NCBI GenBank assembly: GCA_030390025.1
Contig: CM059431.1
Location: 118,546,001-118,610,000, forward strand
DNA: 64,000 nt
Reading direction: 5' to 3'
From: Squalus acanthias
Taxonomy: Eukaryota
Under the pieces are notes generated by a model. It was given only the letters and a program-made list of their open reading frames with translations, did no database searches and was not told the origin of the DNA. This document shows, one piece after another, positions 26,372 to 39,492 of the stretch; within the stretch, counting starts at the first letter, position 1, and every line of letters begins with the position of its first letter. The position numbers and the translations under genes are program-made.

Positions 26372-29300
26372 TAGAGAGGTGCACAGGATAGCGGTGCACA
26401 GGCGGGAGTTGAACAAGAGAGAAGTGCACAGGAGAGAGATACAGAGGAGAGAGGTGCACAGGAGAGAGGGGCACAGGAGAGAGATACAGAGGAGAGAGGT
26501 GCACAGGAGAGAAATACAGAGGAGAGAGGGGCACAGGAGAGAGATACAGAGGAGAGCGGTGCACAGGAGAGAGATACAGAGGAGGGAGGTGCACAGGAGA
26601 GAGGGGCACAGGAGAGAGGTGCACAGGAGGGAGGTGCACAAGAGGGAGTTGAACAGGAGAGAGTTGATGGGAGGGAGTTGCACAGGAGAGAGTTGAACAA
26701 GAGAGAAGTGCACAGGAGAGAGATACAGAGGAGAGAGGTGCACAAGAGGGAGGTGCACAGGAGAGAGGTGCACAGGAGGGAGGTGCACAGGAGGGAGGTT
26801 GCACAGGAGAGAGGTTGCACAGGAGGAGGTGCACAGGACAGAGGTGCACAGGAGGGAGGTGCACAGAGGGAGGGTGCACAGGACAGATGTGCACAGGACA
26901 GAGGTGCGCATGAGGGAGGTGCACAGGAGGGAGGTGCACAGGAGAAGGTGCACAGGAGCGAGGTGCAGAGGAGAGAGGTGCACAGGAGGGAGGTGCACAG
27001 GAGGGAGGTGCACAGGACAGAGTTGCACAAGGGGAGGTGCTCAGGATGAGGTGCACAGGACAGAGGTGCACAGGAGGAGGTGCACAGAGAGAGGTGCACA
27101 GGATTAGAGGTACAAAGGAGAGAGGTGCACAGGAGGGAGGTACACAGGAGAGAGGGGCACAGGAGGGAGGTGCACAGGAGAGGAGGTGCACAGGAGGGAG
27201 GTGCACAGTGAAGAGGTGCTCAGGAGGGAGGTGCACAGGAGAGAGGTGCACAGGAGGGAGGGTGCACAGGACAGAGGTGCACAGGAGGGAGGTGCACAGG
27301 AGGGAGGTGCACAGGACAGAGGTGCACAGGACAGAGGTGCACAGGAGGGAGGTGCACAGGAGGGAGGTGCACAGGAGAGAGGTGCACAGGAGCGAGGTGC
27401 ACAGGAGAGAGGGGCACAGGAGGGAGGTGCACAGGAGGGAGGTGCACAGGACAGAGGTGCACAGGAGGGAGGTGCACAGGAGGGAGGTGCACAGGACAGA
27501 GGTGCACAGGAGGGAGGTGCACAGGAGAGAGGTGCACAGGATAGAGGTACAAAGGAGAGAGGTGCACAGGAGGGAGGTACACAGGAGAGAGGGGCACAGG
27601 AGGGAGGTGCACAGGAGAGAGGTGCACAGGAGGGAGGTGCACAGGAGAGAGGTGCACAGGAGGGAGGTGCACAGGAGAGAGTTGCACAGGAGGGAGGTGC
27701 ACAGGACAGAGGGGCACAGGAGAGAGGTGCACAGGAGGGAGGTGCACAGGACAGAGGGGCACAGGAGGGAGGTGCACAGGAGGGACGTGCACAGGACAGA
27801 GGGGCACAGGAGGGAGGTGCACAGGAGAGAGGGGCACAGGAGAGAGGTGCACAGGAGAGAGGGGCACAGGAGAGAGGGGCACAGGAGGGAGGTGCACAGG
27901 AGGGAGGTGCACATGAGAGAGGGGCACAGGAGGGAGGTGCACAGGAGAAAGGTGCACAGGAGAGAGGTGCACAGGAGGGAGGTGCACAGGAGAGAGGTGC
28001 ACAGGAGAGATGCGCACAGGAGGGAGTTTCACAGGAGAGAGGTGCACAGGAGAGATGGGCACAGGAGAGAGGGACACATGTGGGAGGTGGACAGGAGGGA
28101 GGTGGACAGGAGGGAGGTGCACAGGAGGGAGGGGCACAGGAGAGAGGTGCACGGGAGAGAGGTGCACGGGAGAGAGGGGCACAGGAGAGAGGGGCACAGG
28201 AGGGAGGTGCACGGGAGAGAGGGGCACAGGAGAGAGGTGCACGGGAGAGAGGTGCACAGGAGGGAGGGGCACAGGAGAGAGGTGCACGGGAGAGAGGGGC
28301 ACAGAAGGGAGGGGCACAGGAGGGAGGGGCACAGGAGAGAGGTGCACGGGAGAGAGGGGCACAGGAGGGAGGGGCACAGGAGAGAGGTGCACAGGAGAGA
28401 GGTGCACGGGGGAGAGGGGCACAGGAGAGAGGTGCACGGGAGAGAGGTGCACAGGAGGGAGGGGCACAGGAGAGAGGTGCACAGGAGAGAGGTGCACAGG
28501 AGAGAGGTGCACAGGAGGGAGGTGCACGGGAGAGTGGTGCACAGGAGAGAGGTGCACAGGAGGGAGGTGCACGGGAGAGAGGGGCACAGGAGAGAGGTGC
28601 ACAGGAGAGAGGGGCACAGGAGGGAGGGGCACAGGAGAGAGGTGCACAGGAGAGAGGTGCACAGGAGGGAGGTGCACAGGAGAGAGGTGCACAGGAGAGA
28701 GGTGCACAGGAGAGAGGTGCACAGGAGGGAGGTGCACAGGAGGGAGTTGAACAGGAGAGAGTTGATGGGAGGGAGTTGCACAGGAGAGAGTTGAACAAGA
28801 GAGAAGTGCACAGGAGAGAGATACAGAGGAGAGAGGTGCACAAGAGGGAGGTGCACAGGAGAGAGGTGCACAGGAGGGAGGTGCACAGGAGGGAGGTGCA
28901 CAGGAGAGAGGTGCACAGGAGGGAGGTGCACAGGACAGAGGTGCACAGGAGGGAGGTGCACAGGACAGAGGTGCACAGGACAGAGGTGCACAGGAGGGAG
29001 GTGCACAGGAGGGAGATGCACAGGAGAGAGGTGCACAGGAGCGAGGTGCACAGGAGAGAGGGGCACAGGACGGAGGTGCACAGGAGGGAGGTGCACAGGA
29101 CAGAGGTGCACAGGAGGGAGGTGCACAGGAGGGAGGTGCACAGGATAGAGGTGCACAGGAGGGAGGTGCACAGGAGAGAGGTGCACAGGATAGAGGTACA
29201 AAGGAGAGAGGTGCACAGGAGGGAGGTACACAGGAGAGAGGGGCACAGGAGGGAGGTGCACAGGAGAGAGGTGCACAGGAGGGAGGTGCACAGGAGAGAG

Positions 29301-32300
29301 GTGCACAGGAGGGAGGTGCACAGGAGAGAGGTGCACAGGAGGGAGGTGCACAGGACAGAGGTGCACAGGAGGGAGGTGCACAGGAGGGAGGTGCACAGGA
29401 CAGAGGTGCACAGGACAGAGGTGCACAGGAGGGAGGTGCACAGGAGGGAGGTGCACAGGAGAGAGGTGCACAGGAGCGAGGTGCACAGGAGAGAGGGGCA
29501 CAGGAGGGAGGTGCACAGGAGGGAGGTGCACAGGACAGAGGTGCACAGGAGGGAGGTGCACAGGAGGGAGGTGCACAGGACAGAGGTGCACAGGAGGGAG
29601 GTGCACAGGAGAGAGGTGCACAGGATAGAGGTACAAAGGAGAGAGGTGCACAGGAGGGAGGTACACAGGAGAGAGGGGCACAGGAGGGAGGTGCACAGGA
29701 GGGAGGTGCACAGGAGAGAGGTGCACAGGAGGGAGGTGCACAGGAGAGAGGTGCACAGGAGGGAGGTGCACATGACAGAGGGGCACAGGAGAGAGGTGCA
29801 CAGGAGGGAGGTGCACAGGACAGAGGGGCACAGGAGGGAGGTGCACAGGAGGGACGTGCACAGGACAGAGGGGCACAGGAGGGAGGTGCACAGGAGAGAG
29901 GGGCACAGGAGAGAGGTGCACAGGAGAGAGGGGCACAGGAGAGAGGGGCACAGGAGGGAGGTGCACAGGAGGGAGGTGCACAGGAGAGAGGGGCACAGGA
30001 GGGAGGTGCACAGGAGAAAGGTGCACAGGAGAGAGGTGCACAGGAGGGAGGTGCACAGGAGAGAGGTGCACAGGAGAGATGCGCACAGGAGGGAGGTTCA
30101 CAGGAGAGAGGTGCACAGGAGAGATGGGCACAGGAGAGAGGGACACATGTGGGAGGTGGACAGGAGGGAGGTGGACAGGAGGGAGGTGCACAGGAGGGAG
30201 GGGCACAGGAGAGAGGTGCACGGGAGAGAGGTGCACGGGAGAGAGGGGCACAGGAGAGAGGGGCACAGGAGGCAGGTGCACGGGAGAGAGGGGCACAGGA
30301 GAGAGGTGCACGGGAGAGAGGTGCACAGGAGGGAGGGGCACAGGAGAGAGGTGCACGGGAGAGAGGTGCACAGGAGGGAGGTGCACAGGACAGAGGGGCA
30401 CAGGAGAGAGGTGCACAGGAGGGAGGTGCACAGGACAGAGGGGCACAGGAGGGAGGTGCACAGGAGGGACGTGCACAGGACAGAGGGGCACAGGAGGGAG
30501 GTGCACAGGAGAGAGGGGCACAGGAGAGAGGTGCACAGGAGAGAGGGGCACAGGAGAGAGGGGCACAGGAGGGAGGTGCACAGGAGGGAGGTGCACAGGA
30601 GAGAGGGGCACAGGAGGGAGGTGCACAGGAGAAAGGTGCACAGGAGAGAGGTGCACAGGAGGGAGGTGCACAGGAGAGAGGTGCACAGGAGAGATGCGCA
30701 CAGGAGGGAGGTTCACAGGAGAGAGGTGCACAGGAGAGATGGGCACAGGAGAGAGGGACACATGTGGGAGGTGGACAGGAGGGAGGTGGACAGGAGGGAG
30801 GTGCACAGGAGGGAGGGGCACAGGAGAGAGGTGCACGGGAGAGAGGTGCACGGGAGAGAGGGGCACAGGAGAGAGGGGCACAGGAGGGAGGTGCACGGGA
30901 GAGAGGGGCACAGGAGAGAGGTGCACGGGAGAGAGGTGCACAGGAGGGAGGGGCACAGGAGAGAGGTGCACGGGAGAGAGGGGCACAGGAGGGAGGGGCA
31001 CAGGAGGGAGGGGCACAGGAGAGAGGTGCACGGGAGAGAGGGGCACAGGAGGGAGGGGCACAGGAGAGAGGTGCACAGGAGAGAGGTGCACGGGGGAGAG
31101 GGGCACAGGAGAGAGGTGCACGGGGGAGAGGGGCACAGGAGAGAGGTGCACGGGAGAGAGGTGCACAGGAGGGAGGGGCACAGGAGAGAGGTGCACAGGA
31201 GGGAGGTGCACGGGAGAGAGGGGCACAGGAGAGAGGTGCACAGGAGAGAGGGGCACAGGAGGGAGGGGCATAGGGGAGAGGTGCACAGGAGAGAGGTGCA
31301 CAGGAGGGAGGTGCACAGGAGAGAGGTGCACAGGAGAGAGGTGCACAGGAGAAAGGTGCACAGGAGGGAGGTGCACAGGAGAGAGGGGCACAGGAGGGAG
31401 GTGCACAGGAGAGAGGGGCACAGGAGGGAGGTGCACAGGAGAGAGGTGCACAGGAGGGAGGTGCACAGGAGAGAGGTGCACAGGAGGGAGTTGCTCAGGA
31501 GAGAGGTGCACAGGAGGGAGGTGCACAGGACAGAGGGGCACAGGAGAGAGGGGCACAGGAGGGAGGTGCACAGGAGGGAGGTGGACAGGAGGGAGGTGCA
31601 CAGGAGGGAGGTGCACAGGAGAGAGGTGCACAGGAGGGAGGTGCACAGGACAGAAGTGCACAGGAGGGAGGTGCACAGGAGGGAGGTGCACAGGACAGAG
31701 GTGCACAGGAGGGAGGTGCACAGGAGTGAGGTGCACAGGACAGAGGTGCACAGGAGAGAGGTGCACAAGAGAGAGGTGCACAGGAGAGAGGTGCACAAGA
31801 GAGAGGTGCACAGGAGAGAGGTGCACAGGAGAGAGGTGCACAGGAGGGAGGTGCACAGGAGTGAGGTGCACAGGAGGGAGGTGCACAGGAGGGAGGTGCA
31901 CAGGAGTGAGGTGCACAGGACAGAGGTGCACAGGAGAGAGGTGCACAAGAGAGAGGTGCACAGGAGGGAGGTGCACAGGAGTGAGGTGCACAGGAGAGAG
32001 GTGCACAGGAGAGAGGTGCACAAGAGAGAGGTGCACAGGAGAGAGGTGCACAGGAGAGAGGTGCACAGGAGGGAGGTGCACAGGAGAGAGGGGCACAGGA
32101 GGGAGGTGCACAGGAGGGAGGTGCACAGGACAGAGGTGCACAGGAGGGAGGTGCACAGGAGGGAGGTGCACAGGACAGAGGTGCACAGGAGGGAGGTGCA
32201 CAGGAGAGAGGTGCACAGGAGAGAGGTGCACAGGAGAGAGGTGCACAGGAGGGAGGTGCACAGGAGAGAGGGGCACAAGAGGGAGGTGCACAGGACAGAG

Positions 32301-34221
32301 GGGCACAGGAGGGAGGTGCACAGGAGGGAGGTGCACAGGAGGGTGGGGCACAGGAGAGAGGGGCACAGGAGGGAGGTGCACAGGAGGGAGGTGCACAGGA
32401 GAGAGGGGCACAAGAGGGAGGTGCACAGGAGAGAGGTGTACAGGAGAGAGGTGCACAGGAGAGAGGTGCACAGGAGGGAGGTGCACAGGAGAGAGGTGCA
32501 CAGGAGGGAGGTGCACAGGAGAGAGGTGCACGGGAGAGAGGGGCACAGGAGGGAGGTGCAATGGAGAGAGGTGCACAGGAGAGAAGCGCACAGGAGGGAG
32601 GTTCACAGGAGAGAGGTGCACAGGAGAGATGGGCACAGGAGAGAGGGACACATGAGGGAGGTGGACAGGAGGGAGGTGGACAGGAGGGAGGTGCACAGGA
32701 GGGAGGGGCACAGGAGAGAGGTGCACGGGAGAGAGGTGCACGGGAGAGAGGGGCACAGGAGAGAGGGGCACAGGAGGGAGGTGCACGGGAGAGAGGTGCA
32801 CAGGAGAGAGGTGCACGGGAGAGAGGTGCACAGGAGAGAGGGGCACAGGAGAGAGGTGCACGGAGAGAGGGGCACAGGAGGGAGGGGCACAGGAGAGAGG
32901 TGCACAGGAGAGAGGTGCACAGGAGAGAGGTGCACAGGAGAGAGGTGCACAGGAGAGAGGTGCACAGGAGAGAGGTGCACAGGAGAGAAGCGCACAGGAG
33001 GGAGGTGCACAGGAGAGAGGTGCACAGGAGAGATGGGCACAGGAGAGAGGGACACATGAGGGAGGTGGACAGGAGGGAGGTGGACAGGAGGGAGGTGCAC
33101 AGGAGGAGGGCACAGGAGGAGGGCACAGGAGAGAGGTGCACGGGAGAGAGGTGCACGGGAGAGAGGGGCACAGGAGAGAGGGGCACAGGAGGGAGGTGCA
33201 CAGGAGGGAGGTGCACGGGAGAGAGGGGCACAGGAGAGAGGTGCACGGGAGAGAGGGGCACAGGAGGGAGGGGCACAGGAGAGAGGTGCACAGGAGAGAG
33301 GTGCACAGGAGAGAGGTGCACAGGAGGGAGGTGCACGGGAGAGAGGGGCACAGGAGAGAGGTGCACAGGAGAGAGGGGCACAGGAGAGAGGTGCACAGGA
33401 GGGAGGTGCACAGGAGAGAGGGGCACAGGAGAGAGGTGCACGGGAGAGAGGGGCACAGGAGGGAGGGGCACAGGAGAGAGGTGCACAGGAGAGAGGTGCA
33501 CAGGAGAGAGGTGCACAGGAGGGAGGTGCACCGTAGAGAGGGGCACAGGAGAGAGGTGCACAGGAGAGAGGGGCACAGGAGGGAGGGACACAGGAGAGAG
33601 GTGCACAGGAGAGAGGTGCACAGGAGAGAGGTGCACAGGAGGGAGGTGCACGGGAGAGAGGGGCACAGGAGAGAGGTGCACAGGAGAGAGGTGCACAGGA
33701 GGGAGGTGCACGGGAGAGAGGGGCACAGGAGAGAGGTGCACAGGAGAAAGGTGCAGAGGAGAGAGGTGCACAGGAGGGAGGTGCACAGGAGGGAGGGGCA
33801 CAGGAGAGAGGTGCACAGGAGGGAGCTGCACAGGAGGGAGGGGCACAGGAGAGAGGTGCACGGGAGAGAGGGGCACAGGAGGGAGGGGCACAGGAGAGAG
33901 GTGCACGGGAGAGAGGGGCACAGGACAGAGGTGCACAGGAGAGAGGGGCACAGGAGGGAGGTGCACAGGAGGGAGGTACACAGGATGGAGGGGCACAGGA
34001 GGAAGGTGCACAGGATGGAGGTGCACAGGAGGTAGGTGCACAGGAGGGAGTTGCACAGGAGGGAGGTGCACAGGAGGGAGTTGCACAGGAGGGAGGTGCA
34101 CAGGAGGGAGGTGCACAGGAGGGTGGGGCACAAGATGGAGGAGCACAGGAGGGAGGTGCACAGGAGGGAGGGGCACAGGATGGAGGAGCACAGGAGGGAG
34201 GTGCACAGGAGGGAGGTGCAC
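26372..34221. repeat. ~7.85 kb 15-bp minisatellite, consensus GAGGTGCACAGGAG(A/G)
   Basis: Directly visible: roughly 520 units, purine-rich plus strand, variant units repeated in blocks. Confidence 0.98.
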
Positions 34222-34510
34222 TGTAGTTACATAGGGATGGATTTTGTCTTGGGGTCGGGTTGGGGTCGTGTTACCCGCATTTTGTGTTGCCCCCCCGACT
34301 CCATATTAATGTGGATGAATGATGCGATTTTAACTTAATTGGCCAATTGAATTCCAACATGTGGGAACCCATGGCCAATGAGTTATTCCAGTCTGAAAGT
34401 CGCCTCCGATGATGTCATCATTGCTGCTGCATTTAAGGTCTGCAACAAGCCTTGCTCCCTCTGCAGGCTGCCAAGCTTTTGGACCTCAAATCTAAAAACC
34501 TGCAGCAGGA

Positions 34511-36413
34511 ATGGCCAGCCAACGGCCCAGGGCTGCTCCCAGGTTCCATGATGTTGCCCTTCAGGCTTTGGTGGATGGAGCAAGAGCCAACAGGGAGGTG
34601 CTCTTCCCCTCCTCAGGGAGGAAGAAGCCTCCCCAGCAGACAAAGGCTGTGTGGGTCCAGATCGCCCAGGAGGTCACCTCTTTATCATTCACATGCAGAA
34701 CCTAGATCCAGTGCAGGAAGAGGTTTCATGACCTTCTACATACTGCTAAAGTGAGTATGACTTTCCCTTCACCCTCAATCTGATCCCCATTGCCTCTCCT
34801 CACCAGCACTCAGCTTTAGCAACCTCTTCCTCCATATCCCACTTGACACTGACATCCATGCACCCTTACCCATTCCCTCTCCCTCTATGGTCACATTCAC
34901 CTTACTATTCGACTATGCAGCCCTCACACTCCCTATAACTGTCATGCTTTGAAAACAACTTACAACACACAGGGAGGGCCCTTAGTCTCGCCAGCTCAAT
35001 CCATCTTTGTCTCCTTCTAAGCATCTATGCTATGGATTCTCTACACTCACTCCTTCAATCTCACTCAAACTCCACTTATCTCCCTCATTGCAGGAAAAGA
35101 GAGCTCACAATAAAAGGGAAAGAGCCAGGACAGGAGGAGGGCCACCCTCATTAGCCCAGCTCACCACCTGGGAGGATGCGGTCCTGGAGATCGTGGGCGT
35201 GGAGGAGGAAACGCAAGTGGGGGATGGACAGACGGGTGCATCACAGCAAGCTGGTGACTGAATAGTGTTCCATCTCTCTCATTGACATTGCATGAGTCGC
35301 TGATAATGAATCTGAAGCTCTAACAGATGGATTTATGATCATCTGCAATATGCAATGTGCATGTAAACTTGGCATCACATCTCTGACTCTTTCCTTTACT
35401 CTCCCACAGGACCATCGCAAGCACCCGTCCCCACTAGCCAGGAGGAAGAGCCTGAACAGACAGACTCCTTAGAGGAAGCTGCAACCTCTGAGGGCGCAGC
35501 ATCAGCAGAATTCAGCGCACCCAGCACCAGCGCAGACACTCACACCTCGGTGGGACCCTCGGGACATAGAGTAGTGTTGTCACCTGGTGTATCACAGCTC
35601 ACAAGTGAGCATCAGCAGATGGTGGAGACAGGGACAGCAGTGGAGAGTCCAAGTCAGAGGGCGCAGGACTCTCCTAGCTCGGCTCAGCTGCATGTCAACC
35701 CTCTGCCTCTGGGTCCATCCATAAAATCAGCGGTGCTGGGACTCCAGGAACAGATGCAGGAGTCTCTGACAGGTTTTGTCTCCAGGGTCGCTGCGAGTGT
35801 GGAGCGAATGGAGGAGTCCATCACTAACATGAGCAGAGCCTTTCTGGAGTCATTGACGCATGAACGCATCACCATGGAAAGGATGGCAACCTCCATGGAG
35901 GTGATAAGTTGCCAGAGTGCAGAAAACATGGTCATTGTTCTGAATAGAATGACATCTCTGGAGGAGCGATGGTCATCTATTGAACAGAGAAACCAGACCT
36001 TCATGGAAGTCCTTCTGAGTAGGACTTCCAGTGCAGATACGGGTCCCCATGGCCCCCCTGATGTGCAGCAAGGTGCTCTCAAGCCACTTGCAAGCGCTGA
36101 GGTGGACCTGACCCATGAGAGGGATGTTGGTGGCACACAACAAGGAGGTGGGGGCTCCTCTCCAAGCGCTCACACTTCCATGCCACTGACAGGTCCTCGG
36201 TCAGAGCCCCAGCAGAGTCCGCACCCATGTGAGATCGGCATCTCAACCCCTGCCCAGCCGCAGGAGCAGCAGGTTCGCAACCCCAGAGGACGCCCGTCAA
36301 AGGAGTCGAGACAGGAGCAGCAACAAAGTGAGCAGGGGGCCTCCACTTCTGCTGAAGCCACAGGGGAAGTACCACGTAGGAGCATGCGTAAGAGAAAGAA
36401 ACTGCACAAATAG
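34511..36413 (+). pseudogene. Harbinger Myb/SANT-like DNA-binding protein, 3 exons (34511-34750, 35094-35253, 35410-36413), one premature TAG
   Basis: GT-AG introns join in frame (phases 0 and 1). RAAPRF..W.QIA..RT*IQCRKRFHDL; KRAHNKRERARTGGG. TAG at 34703-34705 sits where the 45.8 kb paralogue has Trp. Confidence 0.85.
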
Positions 36414-36670
36414 TCACAAGGGTAGTCACTTGGGTGAATTTTGATGTGTATTGTGAAAAAGCCATCAGCTGTAAAGTGTAAATAAAAACTCTGATAGCTA
36501 CAGCTGCAGTTGTGGCGTCTGTCATTTCGCTAATGGGACTTCCACAATGAGGCCTTAGGATAACTTGCAATTGTCAGTATGGTGGTCACATTGTTAGGGA
36601 TCCGCTGGGTCTGGGTCATTGTCGTAGCTCTGGTAAGAAGCTGCGAGGCAAAAGTGCTTGCTTGTCTAGG

Positions 36671-37948
36671 CTAAGCAAATCTGGCCAAGATGAGTGCGTT
36701 CCTTGCATTCCGGGCAGCTATGGTCTCGCGTAATGCTGCCGCTGGTTGAGGGGCCTCTGCAAGTTGTTCGTTCTCTCTCTCCTCCTCCTCCTCCTCATCT
36801 GAGGAGGCTATGTGAGGAGCCACTTGGTCCTCCGGCATCTGTAAGCCACGACACTGTGCCATGTTGTGAAGTGCACAGCAAACCACGATGATTCTGGAGA
36901 CCCTGGCTGCTGAGTATTGCAGGGTTCCACCTGATCTATCCAGGCATCTGAAGTGCATCTGCAACAAACCGATGGTTTGCTCGATTATGGCTCTGGTGGA
37001 AATGTGGCTGGAGTTGTAGCTCTCCTCAGCTGCGTTGGATGGGCTTCTCAACGGCGTCATTAGCCACGTCTTCAGGGGATAGCCCTTGTCTCCAAGTAGC
37101 CATCCGTGAAGTTGGTCTGGCGGACTGAATAGCGGAGGCACACTAGACTGGCGCAGTATGAAGGAGTCATGGCAACTGCCAGGGTACTTGGCACAAACAT
37201 GCAGAACTTCCTTGTTGTGGTCACACACCAGCTGAACGTTGAGGGAGTGGAAGCCCTTGCGGTTGACAAAAATACCTGGATTGCGATGGGGTGCCTTAAG
37301 GGCCACATGTGTGCAGTCAATGACGCCCTGCACCCTTGGAAAGCCTGCCAGATTAGCTAATCCAACCGCACGTGCCGTGACACTTGCTCGATCCTTGGTG
37401 AAATGGATGTGATTGTGCGCGATGGCAAAGAGGGCATCGGTTACCTGCGTGATGCAGGTGTGTGCGGCCGCCTGGGAGATGCCACTGATGTCTGCTGCTG
37501 ATCCCTGGAATGAGCCTGAGGCAAAAAAGTTGAGTGCGGTGGTGATTTTGACGGCCACTGGTAAGGGGCATCCACCTGGTCCTCTGGGCTCCAGGTCTTG
37601 TTGCAGCATTGCGCAGATGTCACCCACTACCTCTCGCGAAAGTCGGAGCCGCCTTTGGCACTGCTGCTCAGACATGTTGAGGTAGCTGACCCTCTGTCTG
37701 TAGACCCTGTTTGGGGGGTATCTCCTGCGGCGACGGCCTTCCATACGCTGGCCCCTTCTGTCCTGTGCAGCTTCAGGTGGGTGAGCAGCAGCTTGGCGCT
37801 CCTGCTGTTGCTGCTGCTGTTGGTGCTGCTGTTGTTCATGGTTCTGCTGGTGCCGCGGCTGTTGTTCGTCCTCATCGGATACCCAGGAGGGAAAGAAATA
37901 AATGGCTCCCATGCCTCTGGTATATGTCTCAGTTGAGGAAGCCCTCAA
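36671..37948 (-). CDS. Harbinger DDE transposase (HARBI1-like), open 425 aa (likely start Met at 37912)
   Basis: [38 protein letters not shown] and IEQTIG motifs; N-terminal polyQ and C-terminal acidic tract. Confidence 0.95.
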   Translation of the reverse strand: MRASSTETYTRGMGAIYFFPSWVSDEDEQQPRHQQNHEQQQHQQQQQQQERQAAAHPPEAAQDRRGQRMEGRRRRRYPPNRVYRQRVSYLNMSEQQCQRRLRLSREVVGDICAMLQQDLEPRGPGGCPLPVAVKITTALNFFASGSFQGSAADISGISQAAAHTCITQVTDALFAIAHNHIHFTKDRASVTARAVGLANLAGFPRVQGVIDCTHVALKAPHRNPGIFVNRKGFHSLNVQLVCDHNKEVLHVCAKYPGSCHDSFILRQSSVPPLFSPPDQLHGWLLGDKGYPLKTWLMTPLRSPSNAAEESYNSSHISTRAIIEQTIGLLQMHFRCLDRSGGTLQYSAARVSRIIVVCCALHNMAQCRGLQMPEDQVAPHIASSDEEEEEERENEQLAEAPQPAAALRETIAARNARNALILARFA

Positions 37949-38597
37949 TGAGGGTGGCCAGAGGGGTTTCCCAGGAGGTCATACTGCAGATGGGTGTCAG
38001 GCTCCAAACTTCCAGGGCTGTGGTTATGCCTTCTAAAAGTTCCCCCAGACCTGTGACAACAAAGTCCTGCCACCTGCAATTGATGGCTGATCAAATCTCC
38101 TATTTAAAGGTTGAGCTGCAGCTGAGAGTCAGCAATCCACTTGTGCTCCCGCCAGGTTTCACTGGAGTGTTTCCCATCAGGCGTGCTTCACGTGGGAAAA
38201 GGGTTAAACTACCTAAAATGCTTCAAAATGGCATTACTGAGCCACTTTAGGGATTGTTAAGGGCGTTAATGGCCTCTCCCGCCTCTTGGAGGCGGGACGG
38301 AGTCGGGAACCCCGATACCGATTTTGTCAAAATTGCGTGGAGGCGTGTTGGAGTTGGAATGGGGTCGGGACCCCCGAATCTGCTACTTTAACCCCCCACA
38401 CGCCTCCAAACCCGACTCCACGGGTCGTTCAAAATCCAGCCCATAGAGGCATAATGGCACAGAACAAAGCCATTCGGCCCATCGATTCCGTGCCAGCTCT
38501 CTGTAGAGCAATCCAGTCAGTCCCATTCCCCTATCCCCGCAGCTCTGCAAGTTTATTTCCCTCAAGTGCCTATCCAGTCTCCCCTTGAAAACAATGA

Positions 38598-39492
38598 GGG
38601 GTAAAAATTAGGTCGCGCCCCATTTGGGGCGCAAATATCGTCTGGATGCAAATATTAGCGCCTGGCGCTAATTATCGGCACTGACTGGAAACTTCACTTT
38701 TACCGCCCCGGGAGGTGAGTAGAGCGCTAAATCAGGTGCTGCACACCTGTCTTAAGGCGCAAAGGCCAAGGAGTGAGGCGCTAACTCAGAGCGCTGGCGA
38801 AGCTCGTGTAATGTCAGTCAGCAATGGAACACACACACAATGGCACGGGCCAGTTCTTAAAGGGGATGGTTAATCTTGCTTTCCATCCACATCCTGTTCA
38901 TTGCAGCCTTGAATCTCGGCCTGGAGAGACTTGCACATCAAATGTGCTGGAAAGAACAATGGAGAGTACCAGGCAAAGAGATCAGAGTGCAGCTCCCACA
39001 GTCTCTGCTAAATCGATACAAGGAATGGCAAATCAAAATGAACCTGCAAAGTGCTGCTCAGTACCCAAAACTCCTTCACACAACATTGAATCTCTCCAGA
39101 AGTCTCTCCCTCTCTCTCTCTCAGAATGCATAGTTCAAAAATGCCACCAACAATAAAAGACAGGAAGAGGCCCCCTTTAAATAGCGCCCCCCCCAGCCCC
39201 ACAGCGATTGATAGCGTTCCAGTCTTCTGGTCGTTGGATGCGCCAGGCGGTAAGGCAGGGGGCGCCACTCAATTTCCGCTCCGGGGTGCCACAAGGGCGT
39301 TGCACCATGGAATGACGTCATAATCTGCGCGCGCAGGTGGTCGCAGCGGTAAGTTTTAGCGCCGCCGCACAATCTCTAGTTAAGTTCCCGAGCGGCGCAA
39401 ACATCGCTGCGCCCGGGCGTTAGTGGCTTTGCACCCCATTAGCGCCCTCTTAAGGCGCTAACGGGAGGCGCAACCAACTGAATTTTTACCCC
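38598..39492. mobile_element. Harbinger MITE family B
   Basis: TIR GGGGTAAAAATT / AATTTTTACCCC with TGA TSD. Confidence 0.9.

Larger units (their letters stand above)
34234..38442. mobile_element. Near-intact full-length PIF/Harbinger transposon (4209 bp)
   Basis: TIR GGGATGGATTTTG / CAAAATCCAGCCC, ATA TSD, convergent Myb (+) and transposase (-) genes. Confidence 0.95.

Noticed and set aside
26372..34221. CRISPR-like array
   Set aside because: No unique spacers; contiguous tandem units; eukaryotic context.
26075..34338. Giant ORFs up to 2034 aa (REVHR, CTSLL, HLPPV, RGAQE repeats)
   Set aside because: The 15-bp unit lacks stops in all six frames and frames shift arbitrarily; no evidence of a real protein.
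36671..37948. Domesticated host HARBI1 gene
   Set aside because: Flanked by TIRs and TSD, paired with a Myb gene, and paralogous copies lie nearby.
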